Assembly: GCA_963664405.1 (NCBI GenBank)
Contig: OY761158.1
Coordinates: forward strand, 4,544,001-4,608,000
Reading direction: 5' to 3'
DNA: 64,000 nucleotides
DNA from: Thermoanaerobaculia bacterium
GTDB lineage: Bacteria; Acidobacteriota; Thermoanaerobaculia; Multivoradales; Multivoraceae
The position numbers and the translations under genes were made by a program. Under the pieces are notes generated by a model, which did no database searches, was not told the DNA's origin, and saw only the letters and a program-made list of their open reading frames with translations. Of the stretch, positions 31,310 to 44,734 are shown piece by piece (position 1 is the first letter of the stretch; each line of letters starts with the position of its first letter).

Positions 31310-32134
31310 ATGAGTCAACGGAAGAAGGAAGAGAGTCGTAGACTCCGGCCGTGGGAGCAGGGGCTGGATTGCGACGCAGACTCGTTTGGCGGCTGGCTTC
31401 GACGTCAGCGCGAAATGAGGGAAGTGACTCTTCGGGAGATCTCCGACGTCACTAAGATCAACCTCCGCTACCTAGAGGCGCTGGAGCTCAACCGCTTCTC
31501 TATTCTGCCCGCTCCCGTTTTCGCCCGCGGCTTCCTCAGAGAGTATGCGAGCTATGTGGGACTCGATCCAGATGAGGTCGTCAACTACTACATGCTTGCG
31601 CAGCAGGAGTCGCCTTCGGAGTCGTCTTCTTCCGGTAGCCGGTCCTCACGTCTGCACTCCTCGACTCACTGGGCTTATGGCTTGGTGGTGACCGGCGCTG
31701 TCGTTGCCCTGTTCGGGCTGGTTGCCCTTGTTTCCTTCTGGGCGGAGAGACGCGGCCCAGTCGAGGCCGATCTGCCTCCCACGGCCGCGCCGGTTTTCTC
31801 GGCCCCTCCTGTCGTGCCACCGCCCGAGGTTGTCGCCCCCGCCACCCCTCTACTGGTGACCCTCGACTTCACCGAGAACTGTTGGGTGGAGGCGATTCTG
31901 GATGAGGGCGAGCGCATCAGCGAGCTGCGGGTGCAAGGTGAGTCCTTGCGTCTCGAGGCTACGCAGTCGGTTTCGCTGACCCTTGGAAACGCAACCGGAG
32001 TGCGCATAGAAGTGAATGGCCAACCCTTCGAGGTCGCTGGGGGCGAAAAGGTGGTTCGAGACCTGATCATCACGCTCGACTCGATCGACGGCGTCGGAAG
32101 TGTCGTCGACTCAGTCCGAGGTCCAGGCCTCTGA
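31310..32134 (+). CDS. RodZ-like HTH / TM / DUF4115 protein
   Basis: GGWLRRQRE..TKINLRYLEALE..FARGFLREYASYVGLD, TM segment, CWVE..LGNATGVRIEVNG. Confidence 0.85.
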   Translation: MSQRKKEESRRLRPWEQGLDCDADSFGGWLRRQREMREVTLREISDVTKINLRYLEALELNRFSILPAPVFARGFLREYASYVGLDPDEVVNYYMLAQQESPSESSSSGSRSSRLHSSTHWAYGLVVTGAVVALFGLVALVSFWAERRGPVEADLPPTAAPVFSAPPVVPPPEVVAPATPLLVTLDFTENCWVEAILDEGERISELRVQGESLRLEATQSVSLTLGNATGVRIEVNGQPFEVAGGEKVVRDLIITLDSIDGVGSVVDSVRGPGL

Positions 32135-33177
32135 GCGAAGAGCACCCGTTCGGGGAGGCATCGGGCGAGGGCCAGCAAGCTCTCCTGGCTCAAGTTCGAG
32201 CGGGAGACAGTCGCGAGCTCCTGCTGCTGGCTGCCCAGGGAGTGCTTCCGCTGGAGCGCGGGCCCCTCGTCGGCCTGCAGGCTTGGCTGTGTAGCTCCGC
32301 CGACGGAGAGGTTGCGAAGGTGGCGTTGGCGTCACTCGAGGCGACCGACCCCGAGATACTCGCTGGAGTCGTAGCCGAAGCCGAAGAAGAGACGATCGAG
32401 GTCCTCGCCGACAAGATCCCACACCCCGAGGTACTCACCGCGGTGTTGCAGCATCGGGGGCTGTCGAGCGATGCCCTGTGTGGGTTGGCGAGATGGATCC
32501 CGCCCGAGCTACAGGAAGTCCTGTTGCTTCGTCAAGATGACATCCGAGCTCACCACGAGATCCTGGATGAGCTCGAGAAGAACCCGCATCTGAGCGCCTA
32601 CTCTGAGCGGCTGGTTCACGAGTATCGGATCTATCTGCTTCCCCAGCGGGGGCAGACGCGTGCAGCGAGCGACGGAGAACTAGACGAGCTTAGTGATGAG
32701 ATGGTCGAGGAGGCCATCGCCGTCGTGGCTCGTCACGTCCCCAGAGTTGGCGACTTTGACGAAAGCACAGGGCTTACCGAGGCTCAGGTTCGAGCGCTGC
32801 CGCTGCCGATCCGAATCAAACTCGGCTTTGGCGCCTCGAGGACGCTGCGCAACATTCTTCTTCGGGACCCGAGCTCTCAGGTCGCTCTGACCGCGCTGAA
32901 TCGAAGTTCGATCTCGGAACGTGAGGTAGAGCAGCTATGCCGCAGTCGCAACGTCTCTGAAGAGGTGCTCTCGGACGTAGCTCGGCACCGCTCTTGGATT
33001 AGCAAGTATCGTATTGTACTGACCCTGTTGAAGAATCCTCGCACTCCCGTCAACGTATCGATGAAGCATCTCGCCCGGCTCGCTGCGCGAGATCTGAGGC
33101 TGCTGGGAGCCGATCGAAACGTCCCGGATCCGGTCAGGCGTCGCGCTCGAGTGCTCCATCAGCACAAAGTCAGGTAG
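32131..33177 (+). CDS. Conserved hypothetical helical-repeat protein (start uncertain: CTG 32131 or GTG 32242)
   Basis: Open frame from 32131; C-terminal RNILLRDP..RNVSEEVL..LLKNPRTP..DRNVP helical repeats; tightly packed between neighbours. Confidence 0.7.
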   Translation: MSEEHPFGEASGEGQQALLAQVRAGDSRELLLLAAQGVLPLERGPLVGLQAWLCSSADGEVAKVALASLEATDPEILAGVVAEAEEETIEVLADKIPHPEVLTAVLQHRGLSSDALCGLARWIPPELQEVLLLRQDDIRAHHEILDELEKNPHLSAYSERLVHEYRIYLLPQRGQTRAASDGELDELSDEMVEEAIAVVARHVPRVGDFDESTGLTEAQVRALPLPIRIKLGFGASRTLRNILLRDPSSQVALTALNRSSISEREVEQLCRSRNVSEEVLSDVARHRSWISKYRIVLTLLKNPRTPVNVSMKHLARLAARDLRLLGADRNVPDPVRRRARVLHQHKVR

Positions 33178-33182
33178 CGAGA

Positions 33183-33800
33183 ATGAAGCCGGAAAAGAAT
33201 CACTATGCGACGCTCGGGTTGCTTCCCGATGCAACTGCGGCCAAGATCAAGGCTCGGTTCAGGGAGCTCGCGCGTCGCCTTCATCCGGATCACCATCCTG
33301 GTGACGCGAAGAAACAGGCAGAACAAGAGTTTCAGGCCATCACCGAGGCTTTCAACGTGCTCCGTAAGCCCGATCGCCGCCGTGAGCACGATGCCGAGCT
33401 GGCTCGGCCGCGGCGAGAGAGCCGGGGGCAGGACTCCGACAGAGTGGCCCGTGTCTACGTGCAACGCGGCATCAAATCGTTTCGAGAAAAGAACTGGGCG
33501 CAGGCGGCCGAGAGCTTCCAAAGAGCGACCAACGTGAAACCCGAAAACGCCCAGGCCTGGTACTACCTCGCCCTCTCGTGTTCCGAGGGGCGGAGGTGGC
33601 AGGAACATGCGGTCCAGGCCATCGGTCGGGCCTGCGATCTGGAGCCGATGAACGTGGACTACCTCAAGCTGGCAGGGCGGATTATGGGCAGAGCCGGATT
33701 AACAAGCAGGGCCCAGAAGTTCTATACTGAGGCTCTACGTTGGGGGGGCACAGACCGTGCTCTGGAGCACGAATTGGCTCAGCTCAAGAAGGTTCGGTAG
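33183..33800 (+). CDS. J-domain (DnaJ) protein with TPR repeats
   Basis: HYATLGL...LHPD...ITEAFNVL J-domain; TPR-like NAQAWYYLAL. Confidence 0.88.
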   Translation: MKPEKNHYATLGLLPDATAAKIKARFRELARRLHPDHHPGDAKKQAEQEFQAITEAFNVLRKPDRRREHDAELARPRRESRGQDSDRVARVYVQRGIKSFREKNWAQAAESFQRATNVKPENAQAWYYLALSCSEGRRWQEHAVQAIGRACDLEPMNVDYLKLAGRIMGRAGLTSRAQKFYTEALRWGGTDRALEHELAQLKKVR

Positions 33801-33824
33801 ACAAGAACTGCGGCACGATTTCGT

Positions 33825-34598
33825 ATGACTCTGATGCTTTCCCATGGCCTCAGCGATACGGGTGTGGCGCGTTTGCACAACGAGGATGCGTTTCGCATCG
33901 ACGGCGAGCGTGGCTTGTATGTGGTCGCTGACGGGATGGGGGGCCACACCCATGGAGAGGTGGCCTCGCAGATCGCGGTGAAGACGATCGGTGATTTTTT
34001 CAGCAATCGTGCCGACCGCGCGGTGGTGAGCGGCAGCGACGGCTCCGATCTCCAGCCTCACTCAGTCGACTTCAAGACCGCAATAGAGCTGGCTCACCAA
34101 GCTATGCTCCAGGCCATAAACGAGGATCTCCGACTCCAGGGCATGGGTACTACGGTGGCCGGCATCGTGGTTCAGGATGGCATAGTGGCAGTAGGCCATG
34201 TTGGAGATAGTCGGGTCTATCGACTTCGTGACGGTGAGATGGAGTTGCTGACCGAGGACCACACCTGGGTAAACGAGCAGGTGGTCGCCGGGTACCTCAC
34301 CGAGGAACAGGCCCGCACCCACCCGCTGCGGAATGTCGTGACCCGTGCCCTCGGCGGTGAGGCGGCAGTGGTCGTCGATCTTCGAGAGACTCCGGTGTGC
34401 AAGGGAGACCTTTACCTGATCTGCTCGGATGGTTTGACGGCGATGCTCAGCGATCTCGACATTCAGGCGCGTTTGACCAGAGGGCTGCCGCTCACCGAGA
34501 TCTGCAAGAAACTCATCGACGACTCCAATGCTCGCGGCGGGGTAGATAACGTCACCGCGATCCTGGCTCGAATCGAAGAAGACTCATCTTCGGCATGA
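33825..34598 (+). CDS. PP2C-type (Stp1/PrpC) Ser/Thr protein phosphatase
   Basis: NEDA, VADGMGG, GMGTT, HVGDSR, ICSDGL, GGVDNVT. Confidence 0.94.
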   Translation: MTLMLSHGLSDTGVARLHNEDAFRIDGERGLYVVADGMGGHTHGEVASQIAVKTIGDFFSNRADRAVVSGSDGSDLQPHSVDFKTAIELAHQAMLQAINEDLRLQGMGTTVAGIVVQDGIVAVGHVGDSRVYRLRDGEMELLTEDHTWVNEQVVAGYLTEEQARTHPLRNVVTRALGGEAAVVVDLRETPVCKGDLYLICSDGLTAMLSDLDIQARLTRGLPLTEICKKLIDDSNARGGVDNVTAILARIEEDSSSA

Positions 34599-37504
34599 GA
34601 GGGACTGACGGCACTGGCGCCGTCGATACCGGACTGGACACCCGGAGCTTCCCCGGAGCGTCGGGATCGGATCTTTCCGACTTCGTAGGGCGCCACATCG
34701 GCCCTGACCGGAGCGAGTTGGATGAAATGCTTTCAGAGCTGGGCCTCGACTCGCTCGAGGCCCTGGTCGACCAGACGATACCCTCGTCGATTCGGTCGAG
34801 TCGCGATCCGCATCTCGGTGACGGGGCGGGTGAAGAAGAGACACTCTCTCGCCTGCGCGGCATTGCAGAGCAGAATCGTGTGCTGAAGTCGCTCATGGGT
34901 ATGGGGTACCACGGCTGTCTTCCCCCCCTGGTCATCCAGCGAAACATCCTCGAGAACCCAGCCTGGTACACGGCATATACGCCCTACCAGGCGGAAATCT
35001 CGCAGGGACGGCTGGAGGCTCTGGTCAACTTCCAGACCATGATCTGCGACTTCACCGCGCTCGACATCGCGAACTCATCACTGCTGGACGAGGGGACCGC
35101 GGCGGCAGAAGCGCTCGCCTTGTCACTGGCCGCAGCGGGCTCTTCTCGAAGGCGTTTTTTTGTCGACACCGGTTGCCATCCGCAGACGATCGAGGTCATC
35201 GAAACGAGAGCTTGGGCTCTTGGCGTCGAAGTGATCTGCGGCGATCATCGCTCTTTCGAGCCCGACGAAACTCTCGCCGGAGCGATTGTGCAGTATCCGG
35301 ATACGAGCGGGGCGGTCTTCGACTACAGCGACCTGATCTCTCGCCTCCATGATGTCGGTGCGTTGGCCATCGTCGCTGCCGATTTGCTGAGCCTCGCATT
35401 GTTGCGCCCGCCTGGTGAGATGGCAGCGGACATCGCCGTGGGGTCGACGCAGCGCTTCGGCGTTCCGATGGGCTTCGGCGGACCTCATGCCGGCTACATG
35501 GCTACCAGGGAGTCTCTGCGCCGGAGGATCCCTGGTCGCGTCGTGGGTGTGTCGCAAGACTCTCGAGGTCGCAGGGCCTATCGCCTAGCACTCCAGACTC
35601 GCGAGCAGCACATTCGTCGCGAGAAGGCGACGAGCAACATCTGTACCGCCCAGGTTCTTCCGGCGGTGCTGGCCTCGATGTATGCCGTTTACCACGGTCC
35701 CGAGGGCCTTACCCGTATTGCGGAGACCGTGCATCGTCGGGCCGTGGCTTTGGCGGCGGCGATTTGCGCCCAGGGCCACCGGCTTCAGCAGGAGCCCTTC
35801 TTCGACACCCTGCGAATTGAGCTGGAGGGCGATGACGCAGAGGAGATTCGTCGACGAGCCGAAGAGCGTGGCTACAACCTTCGCGTCGTCGATCCCAAGA
35901 CGGTGTCTCTGGCTCTCGACGAGACTACGACCGACGAAGATCTCGATCAGCTCTCCGCGGTGTTCTCTGGGAAGGGAGCCGGCGGCACCGAGGCGCCGCC
36001 GGGAATTCCTGCGTGGGCGAGGCGAAGCTCTCCATTCCTGACCCATCCGGTTTTTCATCGTTACCGATCAGAGACCGAGATGCTGCGCTATATCCATCGT
36101 TTGGCCGGTAAGGATGTGTCCCTTAGCTCTTCGATGATTCCGCTGGGCTCGTGCACCATGAAGCTCAATGCGACGGTCGAGTTGGTGCCGGTGACGTGGC
36201 CTGAATTTGCGTCTCTCCACCCTTTCGTGCCGGCGGAGCAGAGCCAGGGGTACCGTCGCCTTTGTCGGGAGCTCGAAGCCATGCTGTCAGAGCTCACCGG
36301 CTTCCCGGCGGTCTCGCTGCAACCCAACGCGGGATCCCAGGGTGAGCTTGCGGGGTTGCTGGTGATTCGTCGCTACCACGAAGCGCGGGGAGACGAAGAG
36401 CGGCGCATCTGCCTCATACCCCAGTCGGCACACGGCACGAATCCTGCCAGCGCGGTGATGGCGGGGCTTCGAGTGGTGGTGGTGAAGTGCGATGAGGACG
36501 GCAACATCGACCTCGACGATCTCGAGCGAAGGGTGTCTGCCCACGGTGACGAGCTAGCGGCGCTGATGGTGACCTACCCCTCCACTCATGGAGTTTTCGA
36601 GGAGTCGATAGGACCCATTTGCGAGCTGGTTCACTCTCGAGGCGGTCAGGTCTACATGGATGGAGCCAACTTCAACGCGATGGTGGGCTTGTGCCGGCCT
36701 GCGGATATCGGCGCCGATGTCTGTCACCTCAACCTGCACAAGACTTTCTGCATCCCTCATGGGGGCGGTGGTCCTGGCATGGGTCCGATCGCGGCCGCCG
36801 CTCACCTCGGCCCCTATCTACCTGGCCACCGCGTAGGCGGTGTCGGCGGCGCCGAGAGTGTCGGCGCCATTTCTGCCACGCCGTGGGGCAGCGCGAGCAT
36901 TCTGCCGATCTCGTGGATGTATATCGAGCTCATGGGCGCCGCTGGGCTCCGTCGCGCTTCGCAGGTGGCCATTCTCAATGCCAACTACATTGCGCATAGA
37001 TTGGAGCCCTTCTACCCTGTGCTCTACCGAGGCCGGCGTGGTCGCGTAGCGCACGAATGCATCCTCGACCTCCGGCCGCTCAAGAAGGTGGCCGGCGTCG
37101 AGGTCGAAGACGTTGCGAAGCGGTTGATGGACTACGGCTTCCACGCGCCGACCGTGTCGTGGCCGGTGCCGGGAACAGTGATGGTCGAGCCGACCGAGAG
37201 TGAGTCGAAAGGGGAGCTCGATCGCTTCTGTGACGCCATGATCTCCATTCACAAGGAGGCGCTCTTGATCGAGACCGGCGAGATGCCGCTGGAGAACAGT
37301 CCCCTTCGCAATGCCCCACACCCTGCGGAGGACCTCCTGGTGGACGACTGGAGTCGACCTTACTCGAGGGCCGCGGCGGCATACCCAGCTCCCTGGACGC
37401 GAGGGCACAAATACTGGCCGCCGGTGTCACGCATCGATAATGCGTGGGGTGATCGCAACCTGTTCTGTACCTGCCCGCCGGTTGGCGACTTCGAAGAGGA
37501 GTAG
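34595..37504 (+). CDS. gcvP: Glycine dehydrogenase (decarboxylating), single-chain P protein
   Basis: [36 protein letters not shown] Lys in HLNLHKTF. Confidence 0.97.
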   Translation: MRGTDGTGAVDTGLDTRSFPGASGSDLSDFVGRHIGPDRSELDEMLSELGLDSLEALVDQTIPSSIRSSRDPHLGDGAGEEETLSRLRGIAEQNRVLKSLMGMGYHGCLPPLVIQRNILENPAWYTAYTPYQAEISQGRLEALVNFQTMICDFTALDIANSSLLDEGTAAAEALALSLAAAGSSRRRFFVDTGCHPQTIEVIETRAWALGVEVICGDHRSFEPDETLAGAIVQYPDTSGAVFDYSDLISRLHDVGALAIVAADLLSLALLRPPGEMAADIAVGSTQRFGVPMGFGGPHAGYMATRESLRRRIPGRVVGVSQDSRGRRAYRLALQTREQHIRREKATSNICTAQVLPAVLASMYAVYHGPEGLTRIAETVHRRAVALAAAICAQGHRLQQEPFFDTLRIELEGDDAEEIRRRAEERGYNLRVVDPKTVSLALDETTTDEDLDQLSAVFSGKGAGGTEAPPGIPAWARRSSPFLTHPVFHRYRSETEMLRYIHRLAGKDVSLSSSMIPLGSCTMKLNATVELVPVTWPEFASLHPFVPAEQSQGYRRLCRELEAMLSELTGFPAVSLQPNAGSQGELAGLLVIRRYHEARGDEERRICLIPQSAHGTNPASAVMAGLRVVVVKCDEDGNIDLDDLERRVSAHGDELAALMVTYPSTHGVFEESIGPICELVHSRGGQVYMDGANFNAMVGLCRPADIGADVCHLNLHKTFCIPHGGGGPGMGPIAAAAHLGPYLPGHRVGGVGGAESVGAISATPWGSASILPISWMYIELMGAAGLRRASQVAILNANYIAHRLEPFYPVLYRGRRGRVAHECILDLRPLKKVAGVEVEDVAKRLMDYGFHAPTVSWPVPGTVMVEPTESESKGELDRFCDAMISIHKEALLIETGEMPLENSPLRNAPHPAEDLLVDDWSRPYSRAAAAYPAPWTRGHKYWPPVSRIDNAWGDRNLFCTCPPVGDFEEE

Positions 37505-37554
37505 ACGAGCGCTGTCCCGACGTCTTCTGCGGACTGCGGGGAGTGTGGGCCAAT

Positions 37555-38813
37555 CTAGGCCGCGTTGGTAGAGAGCTTCTGAAGAGAGGCCGAGCCCAGC
37601 GCGAGTAGCACAGCTACCACGGTCAGGCTTGCCAGCGCTAGGTGAAAGTGACCGCTGAAGTCGTAGATCAGTCCAAGACTGATCGGGCCCAATACACCGC
37701 CGATTTCTGCGGCCGAGAAGAACATTCCGCTGGCGGCGCCCGCTCGCCTGTCTCCGATACCGGGCAGCTCTACCAGAGAAAGAACCAGGACGGTGGTCAG
37801 GGACGAACGAGCGATGCCCTGCAGAAGGAGTCCCGCACTCAGGGGAACCGGGTCGGCAGACTGAAGCAGAATACTCGCGGTGGCGGCAAGCAGGCACAAG
37901 ACGATGAGAATGTGAAAGCGACGACTTGGCGTGGCCAGGCGAGGGATCAGTAGCGACCCGGCAATGCCGATCACCGTAGGGAGGGCCGCCCAGTAGCCGG
38001 CTTCAAGGGTCGTCATACCACCGCTGCGTAGAAGCTCCGGGAGCCAGTTGTTCAGACTATGGTTGAAGAGGAACACGCCGACGCTCATCATCAGGACCAC
38101 CCGCACCGCGGGCGCAGCGGCCAATTCCCGCATGATCTGAAGCTGGGGGACGTAAGGTTCCGTTGCCGCTTGCTGCTGTTTGTCCACCCGGTTCAGAGTT
38201 GCGACCAGGAGCCAGAACAGAGCTCCGCCGCAGGACACCAGAGGCCATAGAGCCATTACCCGCCGCCAGCTGCCGTCGAATGCCGGCAGTAGCAATGAAT
38301 GGGTCAGAGTAAGCGACACCACTCCTCCCACGGCTGGGCCGGTCATGTAGATGCCCATCGCCAAGCCGCGCTGAGCGCCAGTAAAGAGCTGTGCCACGAC
38401 CTTCGGCGCGCCGGCCGAGATGATCGGGCCGCCAAGGCCAAACACCATGACCGCAAGAAGGAACGACCAATAGTCATCCGCGAAGGCACGTCCCGCGGCG
38501 GACAAGGCGATCAGAAGGGCGCCAATGAACAGCGCCCACTGCCCCCGAGTCGATCCAAAAGCAGGCGGCAAGGCATTGCAGAGAAGATGTAGACCAACTG
38601 CCACGCACCCATGAGACTTCCCATGGCCGTATGCGAGATTTGCAGCTCTTCTTCGACCGGCACTACCAGCGGAGCAAGGCTTGTTGCCGTCAGGCCGAAT
38701 GTGCAGTACAGCAGCCAGAGCCCGGACAGCACCCACCACCTTCTGCCGCCAAGGAGTCCGTGCGGCAGGACTCCTGATGCGCTGTTCTCGGCGCCTTCCC
38801 TCGCGTCAGTCAC
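37555..38813 (-). pseudogene. CynX/NimT-like MFS transporter, frameshifted (or sequencing indel)
   Basis: N-terminal TMs in ORF 38511-38813 continue in ORF 37555-38739 across ...LDRLG|QWALF at a G5 run (C5 on + strand, 38542-38546). Confidence 0.75.
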
Positions 38814-38830
38814 GGCTCCGTTGAGTAGCT

Positions 38831-39619
38831 TCAGTCTCTCAATCTGGACCGCAATCGATGGATGTGGTCGTCTTCCAAGCCGGCCTCGCGGGCGTAGCTC
38901 TCGATGCCGCCGAAGCTATCGTCCAGAAAGGCGAGAGTCCGAGACATAGTCTCGGGCAGGCAGCTACGAAAATAGATCGGTAGTGGCTCAGCTTCGGGAT
39001 CTCGGTCTTCGTCGTCCACATCGGGGACGGTCATGGCGGGGGCGGAGTGATCCCTGTAGGGGTCGTCCAGATAGACGTCGCTGAGGGCATAGTCCGCTGC
39101 GATGGCTTCATCGGTGACTCCGGCGATGCCAAGCAACAAGGCGGCAATCAGCCCGGTCCGGTCCTTCCCGGCGGAGCAGTGGAAGATCGATGCGTGGTCG
39201 CCGGTGCTCGCCAGTGTGCGCAGGATCTCGCCGATGATCTCTCTGCAGCTGGCGAGACCCACACAGTAGAGCTCTGACAACTTTTCCGCTTGACCGATCG
39301 AGGAGGGGTTAGATTTGAAGCCTTCCAGCCTGTCTCCCCACAGATCGAGGTGGTGATAGACGACATCCTGCGACTGAGCGAAGACGTTGGGAGCCAGCTC
39401 GAGCTCCCGAGGCAGTCTCAGGTCGACGACGGTCCCGATACCCCGATCAGTGAGCTCCTTTTGGTCGGCGTAGGTCAGTGTGCTCATGCCGGCGGAACGG
39501 AAGAAGCGCCGCCATCGAGTGGTGCCGCCATCCGACGTCGGATAGCCCCCCAGATCGCGTACGTTCGCTGCGCCTTCCATGGGGAGGTGGCGTCTGGGAT
39601 GTCGCAAAACGTGCTCCAC
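38831..39619 (-). CDS. Tyrosine-protein phosphatase family (Y_phosphatase3 / IphP-like)
   Basis: NVRDLGGY, VDLR, P-loop HCSAGKDRTG, DYALS. Confidence 0.9.
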   Translation of the reverse strand: MEHVLRHPRRHLPMEGAANVRDLGGYPTSDGGTTRWRRFFRSAGMSTLTYADQKELTDRGIGTVVDLRLPRELELAPNVFAQSQDVVYHHLDLWGDRLEGFKSNPSSIGQAEKLSELYCVGLASCREIIGEILRTLASTGDHASIFHCSAGKDRTGLIAALLLGIAGVTDEAIAADYALSDVYLDDPYRDHSAPAMTVPDVDDEDRDPEAEPLPIYFRSCLPETMSRTLAFLDDSFGGIESYAREAGLEDDHIHRLRSRLRD

Positions 39620-39658
39620 GGCAGTCGTGTGCGGCTCGGCTCTGTCTACGGCGTGGAG

Positions 39659-41245
39659 TCACACGCCGGCAACCGCCGGGTCGCGACCCTCGCTCTCCTT
39701 GAAGATCGCGTATTCCATGCTGTCGTAGAGGGCCTTCCAGCTGGCCTCGATGATATTGGTCGAGGCCCCCACCGTCGTCCAGGTGTTCGCGCCCTTCTTG
39801 AAGTCGATGAGCACTCGTGTCGTCGCCGCGGTTCCTTGATCCGAGTCCAGAATACGCACCTTGTAGTCGCTGAGGTGGATCTCCTCGACCTGGGGATAGG
39901 TGTCGCGGAGAGCCTTGTGAAGGGCCTGATTGAGGGCGTTTACTGGGCCGTTCCCGTCGGCGGCGGTGTGGGCGACCTTGCCGTCGATATCGACCTTCAC
40001 GGTGGCTTCGGAGAAGAGGCCTCGTCCTTCGCGATGCTCGACCACCACCATGAAGTCGACGAGATGGAAGGCCGGGCGGTAGTCGTCCGATGCGCGGTAG
40101 AGCATCATCTCCACCGAGGCTTCCGCTCCTTCGAAAGTGTACCCCTTGCTCTCGAGGTCCTTGACCTGGTCGAGGACTTCCCGCGCTCGGCTGCGATCCG
40201 CTTCCACGCCCTGCTTTTCGGCGAGATGAAGAATGTTGCCGCGACCCGAGAGCTCCGACACCACGGTTCGCATCTCGTTGCCGACCAGCTCGGGCTCGAT
40301 GTGCTGATAGCTCTCCGGGCACTTGAGTATGGCGGCGACGTGGATGCCTCCCTTGTGGGCGAAGGCGCTGCGGCCGACGTAGGGGGCGTGGTCGTCCTGA
40401 GGGATGTTGGCGATGGTGGAGACCAGTCGTGAGAGCTCGGTGAGCTGAACCAGGCGGTCAGGCGCCACACAGTCATGCCCCATCTTGAGCTGGAGGGCGG
40501 GAATGATGGTCACCAGATTGGCGTTCGACACCCTCTCGCCGTAGCCGTTGATCGTGCCCTGAACCATCGACGCTCCGACCCGGACCGCCGCCAGAGTGTT
40601 GGCGACACTGCAGCCACCGTCTTCGTGGGTGTGGATTCCGAGGGCGACTTCGGTGAGGCTCGCCACCTCGGCGACGATCGCTTCGATCTCCCAGGGAAGA
40701 GAGCCGCCGTTGGTGTCGCACAGCACCAGAAAGTCGGCTCCCCCGCGCTCGGCGGCCTCGAGGGTCTCGAGGGCGTAGCGGGGGTTCGCCTTGTAGCCAT
40801 CGAAGAAGTGCTCGGCGTCGTAGACGACTTCCTTCTCCGCTTCGCGCATATAGCGGACGCTGTCCTCGATCATCGCCAGATTCTCTTCCAGCGTGGTCTC
40901 GATGACAGCTTCCACATGGAGGTCCCAGCTCTTGCCGACCAGGGTCACGACGGGAGTCTCAGCGGCCAAGAGCGCGATGATGTTGCCGTCTTGCTCGCAG
41001 GTGGTGTTCTTGTATCGCGTACTACCGAAGGCGCAGATCTTTGCCTGTTTCAGGGGATCCTGGCGGATTTGGCTGAAGAATTCCGCGTCCTTCGGATTCG
41101 AGCCCGGCCAGCCCCCCTCGATATAGGGAATGCCGAAGGCGTCCAGACGCCGGGCGATCTTGACTTTGTCGTGCAGCGAGAGGGAAAGGTTCTCGCGCTG
41201 AGTGCCGTCCCTCAATGTGGTGTCGTACAGAATGACCTTGCTCAT
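39659..41245 (-). CDS. cimA: Citramalate synthase
   Basis: YDTTLRDGTQ, EGGWPGSNPKD, YDAEHFFDG, AFAHKGGIHV, WTTVG subfamily motifs. Confidence 0.9.
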   Translation of the reverse strand: MSKVILYDTTLRDGTQRENLSLSLHDKVKIARRLDAFGIPYIEGGWPGSNPKDAEFFSQIRQDPLKQAKICAFGSTRYKNTTCEQDGNIIALLAAETPVVTLVGKSWDLHVEAVIETTLEENLAMIEDSVRYMREAEKEVVYDAEHFFDGYKANPRYALETLEAAERGGADFLVLCDTNGGSLPWEIEAIVAEVASLTEVALGIHTHEDGGCSVANTLAAVRVGASMVQGTINGYGERVSNANLVTIIPALQLKMGHDCVAPDRLVQLTELSRLVSTIANIPQDDHAPYVGRSAFAHKGGIHVAAILKCPESYQHIEPELVGNEMRTVVSELSGRGNILHLAEKQGVEADRSRAREVLDQVKDLESKGYTFEGAEASVEMMLYRASDDYRPAFHLVDFMVVVEHREGRGLFSEATVKVDIDGKVAHTAADGNGPVNALNQALHKALRDTYPQVEEIHLSDYKVRILDSDQGTAATTRVLIDFKKGANTWTTVGASTNIIEASWKALYDSMEYAIFKESEGRDPAVAGV

Positions 41246-41458
41246 CTTCTTCACTCTCCGTCCCTGGGCTTCGGCGGAAGCCCCGATTCTTGTTGGGAAA
41301 CGAGGTGCCTGGTAAAGCTCTAGTGAACACTAAAGAGCTTCGCGATGGAGCAGGTGACAGTGGGCACTGTCACCATGGTTCTCTCTGTTCGGCGGGTTGG
41401 CATCAGAAGTTCGGCAGCGAGAATACCACGGGGGTAATCTTGGCAGCCCGCCCGTGTA

Positions 41459-44350
<2,892 letters not shown>

Positions 44351-44477
44351 CGGATTGGGCGTGGAGCCCTAGCTACCCCCCTGAGACGCCTCAGACAGTG
44401 ATCTGAGGCAAACCGCGAGTGTAGCAGGGAGATGGAATCGGTAGTAGCCCTTTTCGGATCAGAGTTTGGAGTCCGAT

Positions 44478-44506
44478 TTGACTTATGGGCCCTTGTTCCA
44501 TACAGT
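44478..44506 (+). promoter_or_regulatory. Sigma70 promoter of the ilv-leu operon
   Basis: TTGACT-17nt-TACAGT. Confidence 0.7.
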
Positions 44507-44518
44507 TTCGCGCCAGTT

Positions 44519-44632
44519 ATGACAAGTCGCGTGAGCTCGAACGCCTACCGTGCCCGTCGGGGCATTGGCGAAGGTGTGCTTGGAGAGTTGCTCGTACTCG
44601 TACTTATTGCCCACAGCCCGGGGGCGAAGTAA
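44519..44632 (+). CDS. ilv-leu operon attenuator leader peptide
   Basis: MTSRVSSNAYRARRGIGEGVLGELLVLVLIAHSPGAK with a run of Leu/Val/Ile codons, followed by antiterminator/terminator. Confidence 0.75.
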   Translation: MTSRVSSNAYRARRGIGEGVLGELLVLVLIAHSPGAK

Positions 44633-44661
44633 GCGTAGCAACAGAGAAGACGCGAAACTTG

Positions 44662-44693
44662 GCCCCCAGCAGAGCGCTGGGGGTTTTGTTTTA
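44662..44693 (+). terminator. Attenuator intrinsic terminator upstream of ilvE
   Basis: CCCCCAGC-AGAGC-GCTGGGGG followed by TTTTGTTTT. Confidence 0.85.
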
Positions 44694-44734
44694 TGGGGCT
44701 ATTGAGTCGATCGGGCCCAGGAGATATCAAGGCG

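Noticed and set aside
44388-44409. Hairpin GCCTCAGA-CAGTGA-TCTGAGGC in the divergent helicase/ilv intergenic region
   Set aside because: Single 8-bp stem with no U tract or second copy; function cannot be supported
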